From an uncultured Verrucomicrobiae bacterium (GTDB lineage Bacteria; Verrucomicrobiota; Verrucomicrobiia; Opitutales; JABDGR01), in the NCBI GenBank assembly GCA_963765205.1, contig CAVXVB010000008.1, forward strand, positions 128,001 to 192,000: a stretch of DNA of 64,000 nucleotides, given 5' to 3'. A model generated the notes under the pieces. It worked only from the letters and a program-made list of their open reading frames with translations, did no database searches and was not told where the DNA came from. This document shows, one piece after another, positions 53,169 through 64,000 of this stretch. Position 1 is the stretch's first letter. Each line of letters starts with the position of its first letter. Position numbers and translations under genes: made by a program.

Positions 53169-54326
53169 TCACGCGTAAGGAAATTTCGCCCACTTCGCGC
53201 CGGCTTTCGCGCTTTTGACCGCAGTTTCGATGAAGGTCATCCCGATGACGCCGTCTTCGATGGTGGGATAATCGAGGTCCTTGGGCAGGGGCCGGCCTTC
53301 GACTTCTGCCTCAATGGCGCGGAAGGCTTCGAGGTAAATATTGGCGAAGGCCTCGAGGTAGCCCTCGGGGTGGCCAAAGGGGATGCGCGTGAATTTCTTC
53401 GCGGTGGCGCCGACGTAGCTGTTGCCCCGCCGCCAGATTTCGCGCGGGCGGTCGGGATATTTCATGATGAGTTCGTTGGGATGCTCCTGGTGCCATTCCA
53501 ACGCCGCCTGGTCGCCGTAAACACGGATGTTGAGGTTATTTTCCTCGCCGATGGAAATTTGCGAGGCGTGCAGCACGCCCTTCGCGCCGCCGGCGAAACG
53601 CACGAGGATGTTCGCGTCATCCTCGAGCGCGCGGCCGGGGACGAAGGTCGTGAGGTCGGCGCAGAGAGACTCGATGCGCAGGCCGGTGATGTAACGGGCG
53701 AGGTTTTCGGCGTGGGTGCCGATGTCGCCCAGGCAGCAGGCTGCGCCGGATTTCTTCGGGTCGGCGCGCCAGGCCGCCTGCTTCTGGCCGGTGGTTTCGA
53801 GACGCTGCCAGAGCCAGCCTTGCGGGTATTCGACGACGACCTTGCGAATTTTACCGAGGCGGCCCGACTGCACCAGTTCGCGCGCCTGCTTGACCATGGC
53901 GTTGCCGGTATAGTTGTGCGTGAGCACAAAGACTTTTTTGGTCCGGCGCACGATCTCGCGCAATTTTTTCGCCTCGGCGAGGTTGAGCGTCGCGGGCTTG
54001 TCGCACACGACGTTGAAGCCGGCCTCAAGCAGGAGTTTCGCCGGCGGGAAATGCTCGTGGTTGGGCGTGACGATGACGACGAAATCGAGCCGCGTGAGCG
54101 CGGGCATTTTCGACTCGGCTTTCACCATCTCGGCATAGGTGGCATAAACGCGCGCGGGGTCGAGCAGCAAATCCTGCCCGGTCAGGCGCGAATTTTCCGG
54201 GTCGGCGGAAAAGCAGCCGGCGACCAGCTCGGCCTTGCCGTCCATGACGGCCACAATGCGGTGCACCGCGCCGATAAAAGCGCCGCGCCCGCCACCAATC
54301 ATGCCAAAACGTAGTTTGCGTTTCAT
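53169..54326 (-). CDS. Gfo/Idh/MocA oxidoreductase
   Basis: [36 protein letters not shown]. Confidence 0.92.
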   Translation of the reverse strand: MKRKLRFGMIGGGRGAFIGAVHRIVAVMDGKAELVAGCFSADPENSRLTGQDLLLDPARVYATYAEMVKAESKMPALTRLDFVVIVTPNHEHFPPAKLLLEAGFNVVCDKPATLNLAEAKKLREIVRRTKKVFVLTHNYTGNAMVKQARELVQSGRLGKIRKVVVEYPQGWLWQRLETTGQKQAAWRADPKKSGAACCLGDIGTHAENLARYITGLRIESLCADLTTFVPGRALEDDANILVRFAGGAKGVLHASQISIGEENNLNIRVYGDQAALEWHQEHPNELIMKYPDRPREIWRRGNSYVGATAKKFTRIPFGHPEGYLEAFANIYLEAFRAIEAEVEGRPLPKDLDYPTIEDGVIGMTFIETAVKSAKAGAKWAKFPYA

Positions 54327-54344
54327 GGGGAAGAAGAAGAAGGA

Positions 54345-54798
54345 TTAACCACGGAGAACACGGAGGACACAGAGGGGTTAAATGATAAGGCGTTTGATAC
54401 CTTGTTTGAGTAGACGAACCTTAAAGTTGACAAGCCAGCCTATGCGGTTGTTGGTGAGGCGCAGGTAGTCAGCACTTGGGCTTCATGAATCGGTAACAAC
54501 TCCTCCACCGTTTTCAACTCAACAATAATGGAATCTTCCACCAGCAGGTCGATGCGAAATCCTTCATCGAAAGTCAGGCCATCGTATTCCACCGGCACGA
54601 TTTTTTGACGCTCAGCCCGCAACCCTCGTTTGCGAATTTCGTCGGCGAGACAAGCCTCGTAAACGGATTCCAACAAGCCGGGTCCCAGCGTTGTATGCAC
54701 CTGCAATGCCGCCGCCAAAATCCGGCCTGTAAGTTTTTCTTGTTCCATAAAGACAATTTCTCCGTGTCCTCCGTGTCCTCCGTGTTCTCCGTGTTTAA
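54345..54798. mobile_element. Putative cassette: GxxExxY gene bracketed by inverted 9-mer arms
   Basis: Left TTAACCACGGAGAACACGGAGGACACAGAG (54345-54374); right arm 54758-54798 reads TTAAACACGGAGAACACGGAGGACACGGAG on the minus strand. Confidence 0.65.
54378..54748 (-). CDS. GxxExxY protein (PD-(D/E)XK-like); 1-bp frameshift near 54468
   Basis: VHTTLGPGLLESVYE, RIDLLVE, IVELK, HEAQVLT | YLRL..IGWLVNF...GIKR. Confidence 0.9.
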
Positions 54799-54804
54799 AT
54801 TTCT

Positions 54805-55848
<1,044 letters not shown>

Positions 55849-55879
55849 GGGGTAATCTTTCTGGTTTAAAATTTGCCGT

Positions 55880-56236
55880 TTACAATGACAAAAGAATTCG
55901 CAGCCGGTCTTCGACTTCAGCCATCGTGGCCGGGGCAACCATGCCCCAGCGGCGTTCCAGGCGCGCTTTGCTCACCGAACGAATCGCTTCGCACATGATG
56001 GCGGACGGAGCTTTGAGTCCACCCTCGGAAGGTTCGGCGACCACATGCCAGGGAATCGAACGCAGGTTGGTGGTAATGGGAATCGCCACCACCAGATCCG
56101 CCCCACTCTGGTTAAATTCCGCCACCGAGACGACGAGCACTGGCCGACGCCCCGCTTGCTCGCGTCCCTTGATGGGATCGAGATCAGCCAACCAAACTTC
56201 GCCTCGTTGCGGATTTATGGAAGTGGTGGGCGCCAT
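55880..56236 (-). CDS. PemK/MazF family toxin
   Basis: [36 protein letters not shown]. Confidence 0.93.
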   Translation of the reverse strand: MAPTTSINPQRGEVWLADLDPIKGREQAGRRPVLVVSVAEFNQSGADLVVAIPITTNLRSIPWHVVAEPSEGGLKAPSAIMCEAIRSVSKARLERRWGMVAPATMAEVEDRLRILLSL

Positions 56237-56239
56237 GGT

Positions 56240-56489
56240 TCAGCGGCTTTTCAATCCATCAGCTAAGTGTGACCTCCCACTCACCCAACTCCGACTGGTG
56301 CTTTTTCCAGGCCCGCGGGTCGCGGCGCAACGCGTCGTAGGCTGCGCTGGCTTCTTCCAGGAATTTCTGGCGACGGTAGGTTTCCAGCGCTTGGTCAAGA
56401 ACCTCCGACATGCTGGCATCGTCTGCGGAAGCAAGACGGCGCAGCAACGCGTGGCCCTTGGACGAAATACGGACGGTGGTGGCGGACAT
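56240..56489 (-). CDS. ribbon-helix-helix antitoxin; probable 1-bp frameshift near 56265 (otherwise ends at 56259)
   Basis: TTVRIS...LRRLA...MSEVLDQALE; typical WE.TLADGL tail in the adjacent frame; directly upstream of the toxin. Confidence 0.8.
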
Positions 56490-56499
56490 GAGCCTATTC

Positions 56500-56548
56500 A
56501 GGCCTTTGAATACATTTTTGTCAACAATTTTGGCTACCAAAATGACAT
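56500..56548 (-). promoter_or_regulatory. TA promoter/operator: TTGACA -35 and palindrome ATTTTGG-N3-CCAAAAT
   Basis: Palindrome at 56527-56543 adjacent to a minus-strand TTGACA. Confidence 0.5.
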
Positions 56549-56549
56549 C

Positions 56550-57656
56550 TTACAACACCACAAGCGAATCCCGGTGCACCAGCTCAAGTTTTTTGCGGCC
56601 GGGGAATTTTTTCGCGATTTCGGTGCTGTCCTGGCCGGCGATGGCGCGGGCCTCGGCGGCGTTAAATTGGACAATGCCGCGCGCGATGGCCGCGCCGGTC
56701 GCGCCGATGATGGCGACGACGTCGCCGGCGGCGAACGCGCCTTCGATGCCCGTCACGCCTTTGGCGAGCAAACTGCCGCCTTGGTCGCGCAGGGCGCGCT
56801 CCGCGCCGGCGTCCACCAGCACCCGGCCGGCGGGCTGCTGGAACCAGGCGATCCAGCGCTTGCGGGAATCGAGCGCGATTTTTTCCGGGACGAAGAAGGT
56901 GCCCGCGCCCGCGCCAGCGAGCAGGCGCGGCAGAATCGCCGGGTCCGCGCCGCTGGCGATGATGACGCCGCAGCCGGAGCGCGCGGCGATTTTCACGGCG
57001 GCGAGTTTGCTGATCATGCCGCCGACGGCGGTGTCGCTCTCGGTGCCGCCCGCGAGCGCTTCGATTTGCGGGGTGATTTTTTCGACGACGGGGATGATGT
57101 GGCCCGTGCCCGCGCGGTCCACGAGGCCCGGCGCGGTCGAAAGCAGAATGAGCAAGTCCGCCCCTGCGAGGCTGGCGACGAGGGCGGAGAGCGTGTCATT
57201 GTCGCCGAACTTCAATTCCTCGACGCTGACGGAGTCGTTTTCGTTGATGACGGGGATGAGGCCATCGGCGAGGATTTCCTCGAGCAGTTCCTTGACGGCG
57301 AGGTGCCTGCCGCGCGGGCCGAGGTTGTCGCGCGTGTAGAGGAGCTGGGCGACGGTGAGGCCGAAGGGGTTGAAGGCGCGCTGCCAGGTTTCAATCAGGA
57401 TGCTTTGGCCGACGGCGGCGCATTTTTGCACCGAGGTGAGTTTGGCCGGACGTTTCGCCAGGCCTAGACGGCCCATGCCGAGGCCGACCGCGCCGGAACT
57501 GACAATCAAAACTTGCAAACCCGCCGAGCGCAGCGCGGCGACCTCGCGCCCGAGCGCCATGATTTTGGCCGTGTCCAACTGCCCGACGCCGGAGGTAAGG
57601 ATGCCGGTGCCAATTTTCAAGACGACGCGACGGACGCGGGTGGGTAAAGGGGACAT
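56550..57656 (-). CDS. proB: glutamate 5-kinase
   Basis: VVLKIGT, VSSGAV, AAVGQ, INENDSV, FGDND, GGMISK; PUA domain. Confidence 0.96.
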   Translation of the reverse strand: MSPLPTRVRRVVLKIGTGILTSGVGQLDTAKIMALGREVAALRSAGLQVLIVSSGAVGLGMGRLGLAKRPAKLTSVQKCAAVGQSILIETWQRAFNPFGLTVAQLLYTRDNLGPRGRHLAVKELLEEILADGLIPVINENDSVSVEELKFGDNDTLSALVASLAGADLLILLSTAPGLVDRAGTGHIIPVVEKITPQIEALAGGTESDTAVGGMISKLAAVKIAARSGCGVIIASGADPAILPRLLAGAGAGTFFVPEKIALDSRKRWIAWFQQPAGRVLVDAGAERALRDQGGSLLAKGVTGIEGAFAAGDVVAIIGATGAAIARGIVQFNAAEARAIAGQDSTEIAKKFPGRKKLELVHRDSLVVL

Positions 57657-57665
57657 GGAATTTCT

Positions 57666-58085
57666 TTACTTATGCTTATTGAAATCGTTGAACATATTCT
57701 CCATTTGATCAAGAAGTGGCAATACAGACTGAGCAGTTTTTGTAAAAACATCCGATGAAGCACCAGGTTGATCATATCTGAACCAGCAATCTGGACCGCT
57801 TCCTAATTGCGGCTTAATTCTTACTCGTTGATCTAAATCCCAAGCGGTAACTTTATTCGGAGGTATTTGCTCGCCCCAATGAGTAGTGAAGCCTGCTGGC
57901 CCACATTGAGCTAATTCGATCACAAATCCACCTCCGTGACGATCAAATTGGAAGGTAATTAGAACAATGCGCGATTCACTGAGACGACGCAAATGCGGAA
58001 AAGAACCTGTAAATCCACATTCCCGTAAAGGCGGAATAATGATCGCCTTTAGTGCATCACGCATACGATCACTTGCATCGGACAT
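57666..58085 (-). CDS. hypothetical protein (DUF4304-like), AT-rich
   Basis: PLRE.GF.GSFPH.RR..LITFQFD..GG.F.IE; composition shift. Confidence 0.7.
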   Translation of the reverse strand: MSDASDRMRDALKAIIIPPLRECGFTGSFPHLRRLSESRIVLITFQFDRHGGGFVIELAQCGPAGFTTHWGEQIPPNKVTAWDLDQRVRIKPQLGSGPDCWFRYDQPGASSDVFTKTAQSVLPLLDQMENMFNDFNKHK

Positions 58086-58089
58086 TGGA

Positions 58090-58650
58090 TCACACCTTCA
58101 TCAACTCGGCTTCCTTGGTGGCGAGGTGCTTGTTGATTTCGGCGATGAATTTGTCGTGCTCAAGCTGCACGTCCTTTTCGGAGCGCTTGAGGTCGTCCTC
58201 GGTGATCACGCCGGCGGACTTGGCCTTTTTCAGGACGTCGTTGGCTTCGCGGCGGACGGTGCGCACGCGGACGCGGCCTTCCTCGGCGTGGGTGTGGGCG
58301 ACCTTGGCGAGGTCCTGCCGGCGTTCGCGCGAAAGCTCGGGCATGGGGCAGCGGATGAGGTCGCCCTGCACGAGAGGATTGAAGCCGAGGTTGGCGGACT
58401 GGATGGCCTTTTCGATGTCGCGCAGCAAGCCCTTGTCCCACGGCTGGATTTGGATGGTGCGCGCGTCGGGCGTGGTGATGGCGGCGACTTCCTTGAGGCG
58501 CAGGGCGCTGCCGTAGGCCTGGACTTGCACGGACTCGACCATGACGGGCGTGGCCTTGCCGGTGTGCAACGTGGCGAATTCGTGCAGCGTGTGCTCGACC
58601 GCCTTGGTCATGGCGGCCCGGGATTCGGGGAGGATTTTTTTAGGGTCCAT
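58090..58650 (-). CDS. frr: ribosome recycling factor
   Basis: TGKATP, IQPWD, LGFNP, ERRQDLAK, VRTVRR. Confidence 0.95.
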   Translation of the reverse strand: MDPKKILPESRAAMTKAVEHTLHEFATLHTGKATPVMVESVQVQAYGSALRLKEVAAITTPDARTIQIQPWDKGLLRDIEKAIQSANLGFNPLVQGDLIRCPMPELSRERRQDLAKVAHTHAEEGRVRVRTVRREANDVLKKAKSAGVITEDDLKRSEKDVQLEHDKFIAEINKHLATKEAELMKV

Positions 58651-58663
58651 AAGGGAAAGAGTA

Positions 58664-58743
58664 GGAATGGAAGATGGAAAATGGAAGATGGAATAAAAGA
58701 GGGGAGCCTGAGACGGATTTTTCCATCTTCCATTTTTCATTCT
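58664..58743. repeat. Inverted 7-mer element (GATGGAA / TTCCATC) between pyrH and frr
   Basis: Arms 58664-58693 and 58718-58743. Confidence 0.82.
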
Positions 58744-58746
58744 TTG

Positions 58747-59490
58747 CTACTGTACCATCGTCCCCGTGCTTTGGCCGAGGACGGCTTTGCGGATGCCGTC
58801 AGGGTCGGCGAGGTTGAAGACGAGGATGGGGATGTGGTTGTCCAGACAGAGGGAGAACGCCGCCGAGTCCATGACGTTGAGGCGCTGGCGCAGGGCGTCG
58901 AGGTAGGACAGCGTGGTGTATTTTTTGGCGTCGGGGAATTTTTTGGGGTCGCGGTCGTAAACGCCGTCCACCTGCGTGGCCTTGATGAGGATTTGTGCGC
59001 CGAGTTCGGAGGCGCGCAGCGCGGCGGTGGTGTCGGTGGAAAAATAGGGGTTGCCGGTGCCGGCCACAAAGATGACGAGGCGGCCGCGTTCGAGGTGGCG
59101 CAGGGCGCGGCGCAGGATATACGGCTCGGCGATCTTGTCCATGGGGATGGCCGTCATGACGCGGACTTCGACACCGAGTTTTTCGAGGCCGTCCATGAGC
59201 GCGAGGCCGTTGATGACGGTGGCCAACATGCCCATATAGTCGCCCGTGGCGCGGTCGGTGCCCTGGGTGGTCATGCCCTTGAGGCCGCGAAAGATGTTGC
59301 CCCCGCCGACGACGACGCCGACCTGCACGCCGAGGTCATGCACTTCCTTGAGCTGGTGGCAGATGCGCGTGAGAATCTCGCTGTCAATCGGGTCGCCGCC
59401 CGCGGAATTCTTCAACGCCTCGCCGCTGAGCTTGAGGACAATACGGCGGTATTTCGGCTTGGGCTGGGCGCGGGCGGAGGCAGGTTTCAT
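58747..59490 (-). CDS. pyrH: UMP kinase
   Basis: [34 protein letters not shown]. Confidence 0.97.
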   Translation of the reverse strand: MKPASARAQPKPKYRRIVLKLSGEALKNSAGGDPIDSEILTRICHQLKEVHDLGVQVGVVVGGGNIFRGLKGMTTQGTDRATGDYMGMLATVINGLALMDGLEKLGVEVRVMTAIPMDKIAEPYILRRALRHLERGRLVIFVAGTGNPYFSTDTTAALRASELGAQILIKATQVDGVYDRDPKKFPDAKKYTTLSYLDALRQRLNVMDSAAFSLCLDNHIPILVFNLADPDGIRKAVLGQSTGTMVQ

Positions 59491-59669
59491 GCAAAAACGG
59501 GTAATGCCGGGAAAATCGCCCGGCGTCAATCCTGTGTCGCAGATTTACAAGATAGACAAAAAACGTCACAATTGCGTAAATTCTAGCCCATCAGCGGATT
59601 CCCGCAGGTTCGGGCTTGCGTCCCGGGCGGTTTCGCGGTTTTTTGGAGGGCTGGCCGAACCGGCCACGC

Positions 59670-61457
59670 ATGCCCGACCCGACCCCCAAAGAGGAAGTCA
59701 TTTTACAAGGCGTGCCCGCTTCCCCCGGCGTGGCGCATGGCCCCGCCTTTGTCTTTTTGCAAAAGGAACTGGAAATCCCCGTGTACGAAGTCGAGGAAGC
59801 GCGCCGCCCGGTGGAAATCCGCCGCTTCGAGCAGGCGCTGACGGCGACGCGCGCGCAGATTTCGAAATTGCGCGCGGAGGTCGCCAGTTCGCTCGGCGAA
59901 AGCGAGGCGCGCATCCTGGACGCGCATTTGCTCGTCCTCGAAGATAACGCCCTGATTGAGGAAACCATCCACGAGTTGCGCACGAAGGGCTACAACGTGG
60001 ACTATTGCTTCAGCACCGTCGCCCAGCGCTACATTGACGCCTTCGGCAAAATGGAGGACGAGTATTTGCGCGAGCGCGCGGCGGACATTCGCAACGTCGC
60101 CCGGCGCGTGCTCCACCAACTGCTCGGGCATTCGGCCGCGTCGCTCTCGCGCCTGGGCGGCCAGCGTGTGATCATCGCGCAGGATATTTCACCCTCGGAC
60201 GCGGCGAGCCTGGACCGGCACAGCGTGCTGGCCATGGCCACCGACACCGGCAGCCGCACCAGCCACGCTGTCATCATGGCGCGCTCGATGCAAATTCCCG
60301 CCGTCGTGGGCCTGCACGACGCCACGCGCCGGGTCGAAAACAACGACCGCGTGCTGGTGGACGGCTACGAAGGCCTGCTCATCATCAACCCGACCAACCA
60401 GACGCTCTTCCGTTACGGCCGCATCGAGCAGCGCCAGCGCGACATCCGCCACGCCATTGAGGAAGTCATCCCGCAGCCGTGCGAATCGCGCGACGGCCAA
60501 CGCCTGGGATTGATGGCCAACATTTCCGGCCCGGAAGACATCGAGGACGTCAAGCGCTTTGGCGCGGAGGGCGTCGGCCTTTACCGCACAGAAGCGTTGT
60601 TCATCCGCCGGGACAAATTTCCGGATGAAGAAGAGCAATTCGAGGCCTACAAGGCGGTCGTCACGGCGCTCCAGCCCCGCCCGGTGGTCATCCGCACCCT
60701 CGACTTGGGCGGCGACAAGCAGACCAGCACCTCGCACCTCGCGCATCCGGAAGACAACCCCTTCATGGGTTTCCGCGCCATCCGCTTTTGCCTCGACCAC
60801 TCCGACATGTTCCGCGACCAGTTGCGCGCCATTCTGCGCGCGAGCGCCTTTGGCGCGGTCAAGATCATGTATCCCATGATCAGCGGCCTGCAGGAACTGG
60901 TGCAGGCCAACCTCCTCCTGGAACAGGCCAAGGACGAATTGCGCGCGCGCAAGGTGGCCTTCGACAAAAACATCTGCGTCGGCAGCATGATTGAAATCCC
61001 CAGTGCGGCGTGGACGGCCGACCAACTCGCGCAGCACTGCTCCTTTTTCAGCATCGGCACCAACGACCTCATCCAATACCTCCTGGCCGTGGACCGGGTG
61101 AATGACCGCGTCGCGCATCTTTACGAGCCGGCGCACCCGGCCGTGCTGCGGGCTATCCAGCACATCATCGCCACCGCGCGCCAGCACAAGCTCACCACCA
61201 GCATCTGCGGCGAAATGGGCGGCGACCCGCTCTTCACCCCCATCTTCCTCGGCATGGGCGCGGATGATTTGAGCGTGGCTCCGGCCGGCCTGCCCGATGT
61301 CAAATATCTTCTGCGCAACATCCGCCTCGACGAGGCGCAGGCCCTCGCCGCCAAGGCCTTGCAGCAAACCGACCCGAAAAACACGCTCGCCATCCTGCGC
61401 AAGTTCTACCTGGAGCACATGGGCAGCCTCGCGCGGGCGGACGTGGGGCAGGCTTGA
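59670..61457 (+). CDS. ptsI: PTS enzyme I
   Basis: GSRTSHAVIMAR, GVGLYRTE, RTLDLGGDK, IGTNDLIQY, CGEM. Confidence 0.95.
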   Translation: MPDPTPKEEVILQGVPASPGVAHGPAFVFLQKELEIPVYEVEEARRPVEIRRFEQALTATRAQISKLRAEVASSLGESEARILDAHLLVLEDNALIEETIHELRTKGYNVDYCFSTVAQRYIDAFGKMEDEYLRERAADIRNVARRVLHQLLGHSAASLSRLGGQRVIIAQDISPSDAASLDRHSVLAMATDTGSRTSHAVIMARSMQIPAVVGLHDATRRVENNDRVLVDGYEGLLIINPTNQTLFRYGRIEQRQRDIRHAIEEVIPQPCESRDGQRLGLMANISGPEDIEDVKRFGAEGVGLYRTEALFIRRDKFPDEEEQFEAYKAVVTALQPRPVVIRTLDLGGDKQTSTSHLAHPEDNPFMGFRAIRFCLDHSDMFRDQLRAILRASAFGAVKIMYPMISGLQELVQANLLLEQAKDELRARKVAFDKNICVGSMIEIPSAAWTADQLAQHCSFFSIGTNDLIQYLLAVDRVNDRVAHLYEPAHPAVLRAIQHIIATARQHKLTTSICGEMGGDPLFTPIFLGMGADDLSVAPAGLPDVKYLLRNIRLDEAQALAAKALQQTDPKNTLAILRKFYLEHMGSLARADVGQA

Positions 61458-61600
61458 GCCGCGGGCAACGTCAATTTCCTCGACGGGCCGCCCGGTTGTC
61501 ATTATTTTGAGAACTTTGGCTTCATCGGCAGGTCTTATCCTGAATATTGGCATCCCGTCCCCGCGGTGAAGCACCCCTCCATTTTTTTCGCCCGACTCGC

Positions 61601-63493
61601 ATGGCCCGCCGACGCAAAGACACCTATTACCACCGTGGTGAACCCAGCCGCTGGAGCAAAGTGTTCAAGGTGCTGGGCGTCTTGCTGGTCGTCGCCGCGG
61701 TGCTGGGCGGGACCTGGGTCTTGACCTTGTTCCAGCCGCGTAAAATCAAATACAACGACCCGGCGTTGCAGCCCATGGGCGAGATTCCCAAGGCCGTCTC
61801 CGCCCTGCTCGACCAAAGCAAGGACCTGGAAAAAAAGTTCACCGACGCGACCCAGGCGCGCGACATCACGCCGGACGACCTGGCCAGCCTGCGCCACGCA
61901 ATCCAGTTGCAATTGGATTACCTGGATCAATCGCAAAACCACAACCTCGCCGAGGGCAATGCGCGCATTGAACGCATGACCATCGCGCTCGAGACCTACG
62001 AGGCCAAACCCTTGCGCGCCCAAAGCCTGGACCTGGAAACCAAGGCCGGCGGCCTCGAAGCGCAAAGCGACCTGACCGGCGCCATCAAACTCCTCGCGCA
62101 AGCCGCCGCCTTGGAAGGGCAAATCGTGAAGGACGACCCCAAAGGAGACTCGTATACGTCCGCCCTCAGCCGTGAAATCCAGCTGCGGCACCATGTGGAT
62201 TACCTGACGGCGTTGCCGATCTATAATGAAAGCGCCGCCAGTGAAGCCGCCGCCAAAACCGCCCTGGCCGCGCAGGATTGGGCCGCCGCGCAAAAGAATT
62301 TCCAGCACGCCTACGACCTCCAGTTGAACCTGAACCGCAATTTCCCCGAGCAAAGCTTCGTCAGCGCCCAGCGTGAAAATGACCTCCACAATGAAGTCAC
62401 CGCCCTGCGCTCGCTGCCCGATTACCAGCGCGTGCAACAATCCCTGGCCGACGCCCGGGCGGCCGACGCCGCGGCCGACCAGAGTGACGACCCGGTCAAA
62501 GTCAATCAAGCCGCCGAGCAGGCCGCCCAGTTTTACCAGGAAGCCTATCGCGAACAGGACGACCTCGACAACCATTTCCCGGACTCCCGTTTTGCCGATT
62601 CCTCGCAACTGGCGAAAATCCAGGCGCTGCTCGAAACGTCCAAGAGCCGCCCGCTCGCCACCGAGATCAAGGCGCAGGCCGCCGCGCTCTTTGCCGACTT
62701 GCGGAACCGCCATCCCGACCAGGTGAGCGCGACCATCTCCGTGCTCGAGCAAAAAGCCACGCACTTCCACGAAGCTTTTTCGCAGAGCACCTTGCTCAAC
62801 GCCGATTTGCAAAAACGCCTCGACTTCCTCTATTATAAACGCGACGACCTGGCCGCGATCCAGGAACAGGTTTACGGGCAACTGGCCGCCCTGCCCGGCC
62901 AGCAAACCTTGCAACTCGCCAAGCAGGAAGTCACCCAATCCCTCTACGCCCTGGTCGAAGGGGGCAGCCCCAGCCGTAATCCCGGCGCGCAGCGGCCCGT
63001 GGAAATGGTGAATTGGAACGACGCGCAGGAATTCTGCAGCCGCCTCTCTTGGATTCTCGCCCGCCCGGTGCGCCTGCCCACCGAGGCGGAATACCGCGCC
63101 GCCCTCGGCCCGACCGACGCGCTCGACGTAGCCGCCGTCAGTTGGAACTTCGACAATTCCGCCAGCCAGACGCATGACGTGGCGACCAAGGACGCCAACG
63201 CCAACGGCTTTTACGACCTCCTGGGCAACGTGGCCGAGTGGCTCGGCCGCACCCTCGACGAGGACGACGACAAGGCCCCCGTCATCGGCGGCAACGCCCT
63301 CACGCCGGTGGACACCATCCGCCAGGTCCGCGTCACCGAGCTGGCGCGGGACAACCGCAATCCCTACACCGGCTTTCGTTTTGTGGTGGACCTGGACGAT
63401 TCGCTCCCCGTCATGCCCGCCCCACCCGCCCCCGCGAAAGCCGCGCCCGAGCCGGTCATCCCGCCCGACGACGTCAAGCCGGTGCAGAATTAA
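61601..63493 (+). CDS. membrane-anchored helical protein with a C-terminal FGE/SUMF1-like domain
   Basis: N-terminal TM; EVTQ, PVEMVNW.DA..FC, RLPTEAEY, NGFYDLLGNVAEW, GFRFV. Confidence 0.85.
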   Translation: MARRRKDTYYHRGEPSRWSKVFKVLGVLLVVAAVLGGTWVLTLFQPRKIKYNDPALQPMGEIPKAVSALLDQSKDLEKKFTDATQARDITPDDLASLRHAIQLQLDYLDQSQNHNLAEGNARIERMTIALETYEAKPLRAQSLDLETKAGGLEAQSDLTGAIKLLAQAAALEGQIVKDDPKGDSYTSALSREIQLRHHVDYLTALPIYNESAASEAAAKTALAAQDWAAAQKNFQHAYDLQLNLNRNFPEQSFVSAQRENDLHNEVTALRSLPDYQRVQQSLADARAADAAADQSDDPVKVNQAAEQAAQFYQEAYREQDDLDNHFPDSRFADSSQLAKIQALLETSKSRPLATEIKAQAAALFADLRNRHPDQVSATISVLEQKATHFHEAFSQSTLLNADLQKRLDFLYYKRDDLAAIQEQVYGQLAALPGQQTLQLAKQEVTQSLYALVEGGSPSRNPGAQRPVEMVNWNDAQEFCSRLSWILARPVRLPTEAEYRAALGPTDALDVAAVSWNFDNSASQTHDVATKDANANGFYDLLGNVAEWLGRTLDEDDDKAPVIGGNALTPVDTIRQVRVTELARDNRNPYTGFRFVVDLDDSLPVMPAPPAPAKAAPEPVIPPDDVKPVQN

Positions 63494-63518
63494 ATTGGGT
63501 TATAAAATGTTAAATCGA

Positions 63519-63550
63519 TTCACCGCGAAGGCGCGGAGAGCGCAAAGGGA
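63519..63550. repeat. Solo 9-mer arm TTCACCGCGAAGGCGCGGAGAGCGCAAAG
   Basis: Matches the family at 10029, 35471 and 63775. Confidence 0.75.
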
Positions 63551-63774
63551 AACGTTACGGAATTAACATAATTTATACTAACCTTGTGTTGTTTTGAACT
63601 TGAGGATGCCGGGTTCTTCGTCCCGGGGAGCCGCGACCACCAAAAAAATCAACCGCCAGACGGTGCATGCGGGATGAGCGCGCATGGCAGGGGCAAGGGC
63701 TGGATAACAATCATCTAACGGCGAAAGCCATAGACGGCCACGGTCAATTGGGCAAGGTAATTAGCGAGTGATTT

Positions 63775-63898
63775 TTCACCGCGAAGACGCCAAGAACGCA
63801 AGGAAGATTTTTGGGCAGAATTAACAAAATCTCTCCCGGCACTTTGTGCCTGGGTGAACAAAATTTATTCTTGGCGCTCTTCGCGCCTTTGCGGTGAA
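63775..63898. repeat. Inverted 9-mer element (TTCACCGCRAAG...)
   Basis: Arms 63775-63804 and 63868-63898. Confidence 0.85.
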
Positions 63899-63915
63899 TA
63901 TGCGTTATTACCCGC

Positions 63916-64000
63916 CTAATTCCCATCGCCCGCATCGGGCGGGTAAAAATAATTGACCGCCACACCGAGGAGGTTGTCGCGCGTGACGGTATAGGGGTCT
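63916..64000 (-). CDS. 3' end of a gene entering from beyond the window
   Basis: Open frame DPYTVTRDNLLGVAVNYFYPPDAGDGN* with host-like codons; function not assignable. Confidence 0.35.
   Translation of the reverse strand, partial: DPYTVTRDNLLGVAVNYFYPPDAGDGN

Noticed and set aside
63560..63740. Possible ncRNA or small ORF behind a sigma70-like promoter on the minus strand
   Set aside because: No recognisable RNA family motif by eye; an Rfam/Infernal search is needed.

Overview
GC-rich bacterial chromosome segment. Gene content and SD-less start contexts suggest Verrucomicrobiota/Opitutae (inference). It carries housekeeping genes (menC, miaA, tgt, gluQ, ctaA/ctaB, dnaJ, ppa, tkt, cimA, proB, frr, pyrH, ptsI), three tandem GH29 fucosidases, a PlcP/Agt-like lipid-remodelling pair, a single-chain restriction-modification enzyme, an IS5 element, a PemK/MazF toxin-antitoxin pair and a partner-switching module. 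About ten genes carry single-base frameshifts, mostly in short homopolymers, which look like assembly errors. Four kinds of structure are not explained by the gene calls. (1) About 18 intergenic loci carry short tandem repeats (7-bp or about 9-bp units), usually as inverted arm pairs and sometimes nested. One pair brackets a GxxExxY (PD-(D/E)XK-like) gene inserted in an operon, suggesting an autonomous/non-autonomous mobile-cassette family. (2) A 27.7-34.1 kb array of exported proteins, four of which share an ECF-type leaderless promoter of identical geometry and a related signal peptide, with swapped cargo domains including STN/N0-like ones. (3) A cluster of three 25-bp palindromes that read as RhuM-like peptide fragments, at the end of an AT-rich trypsin-like protease gene. 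(4) Several single AT-rich genes dropped into core operons.
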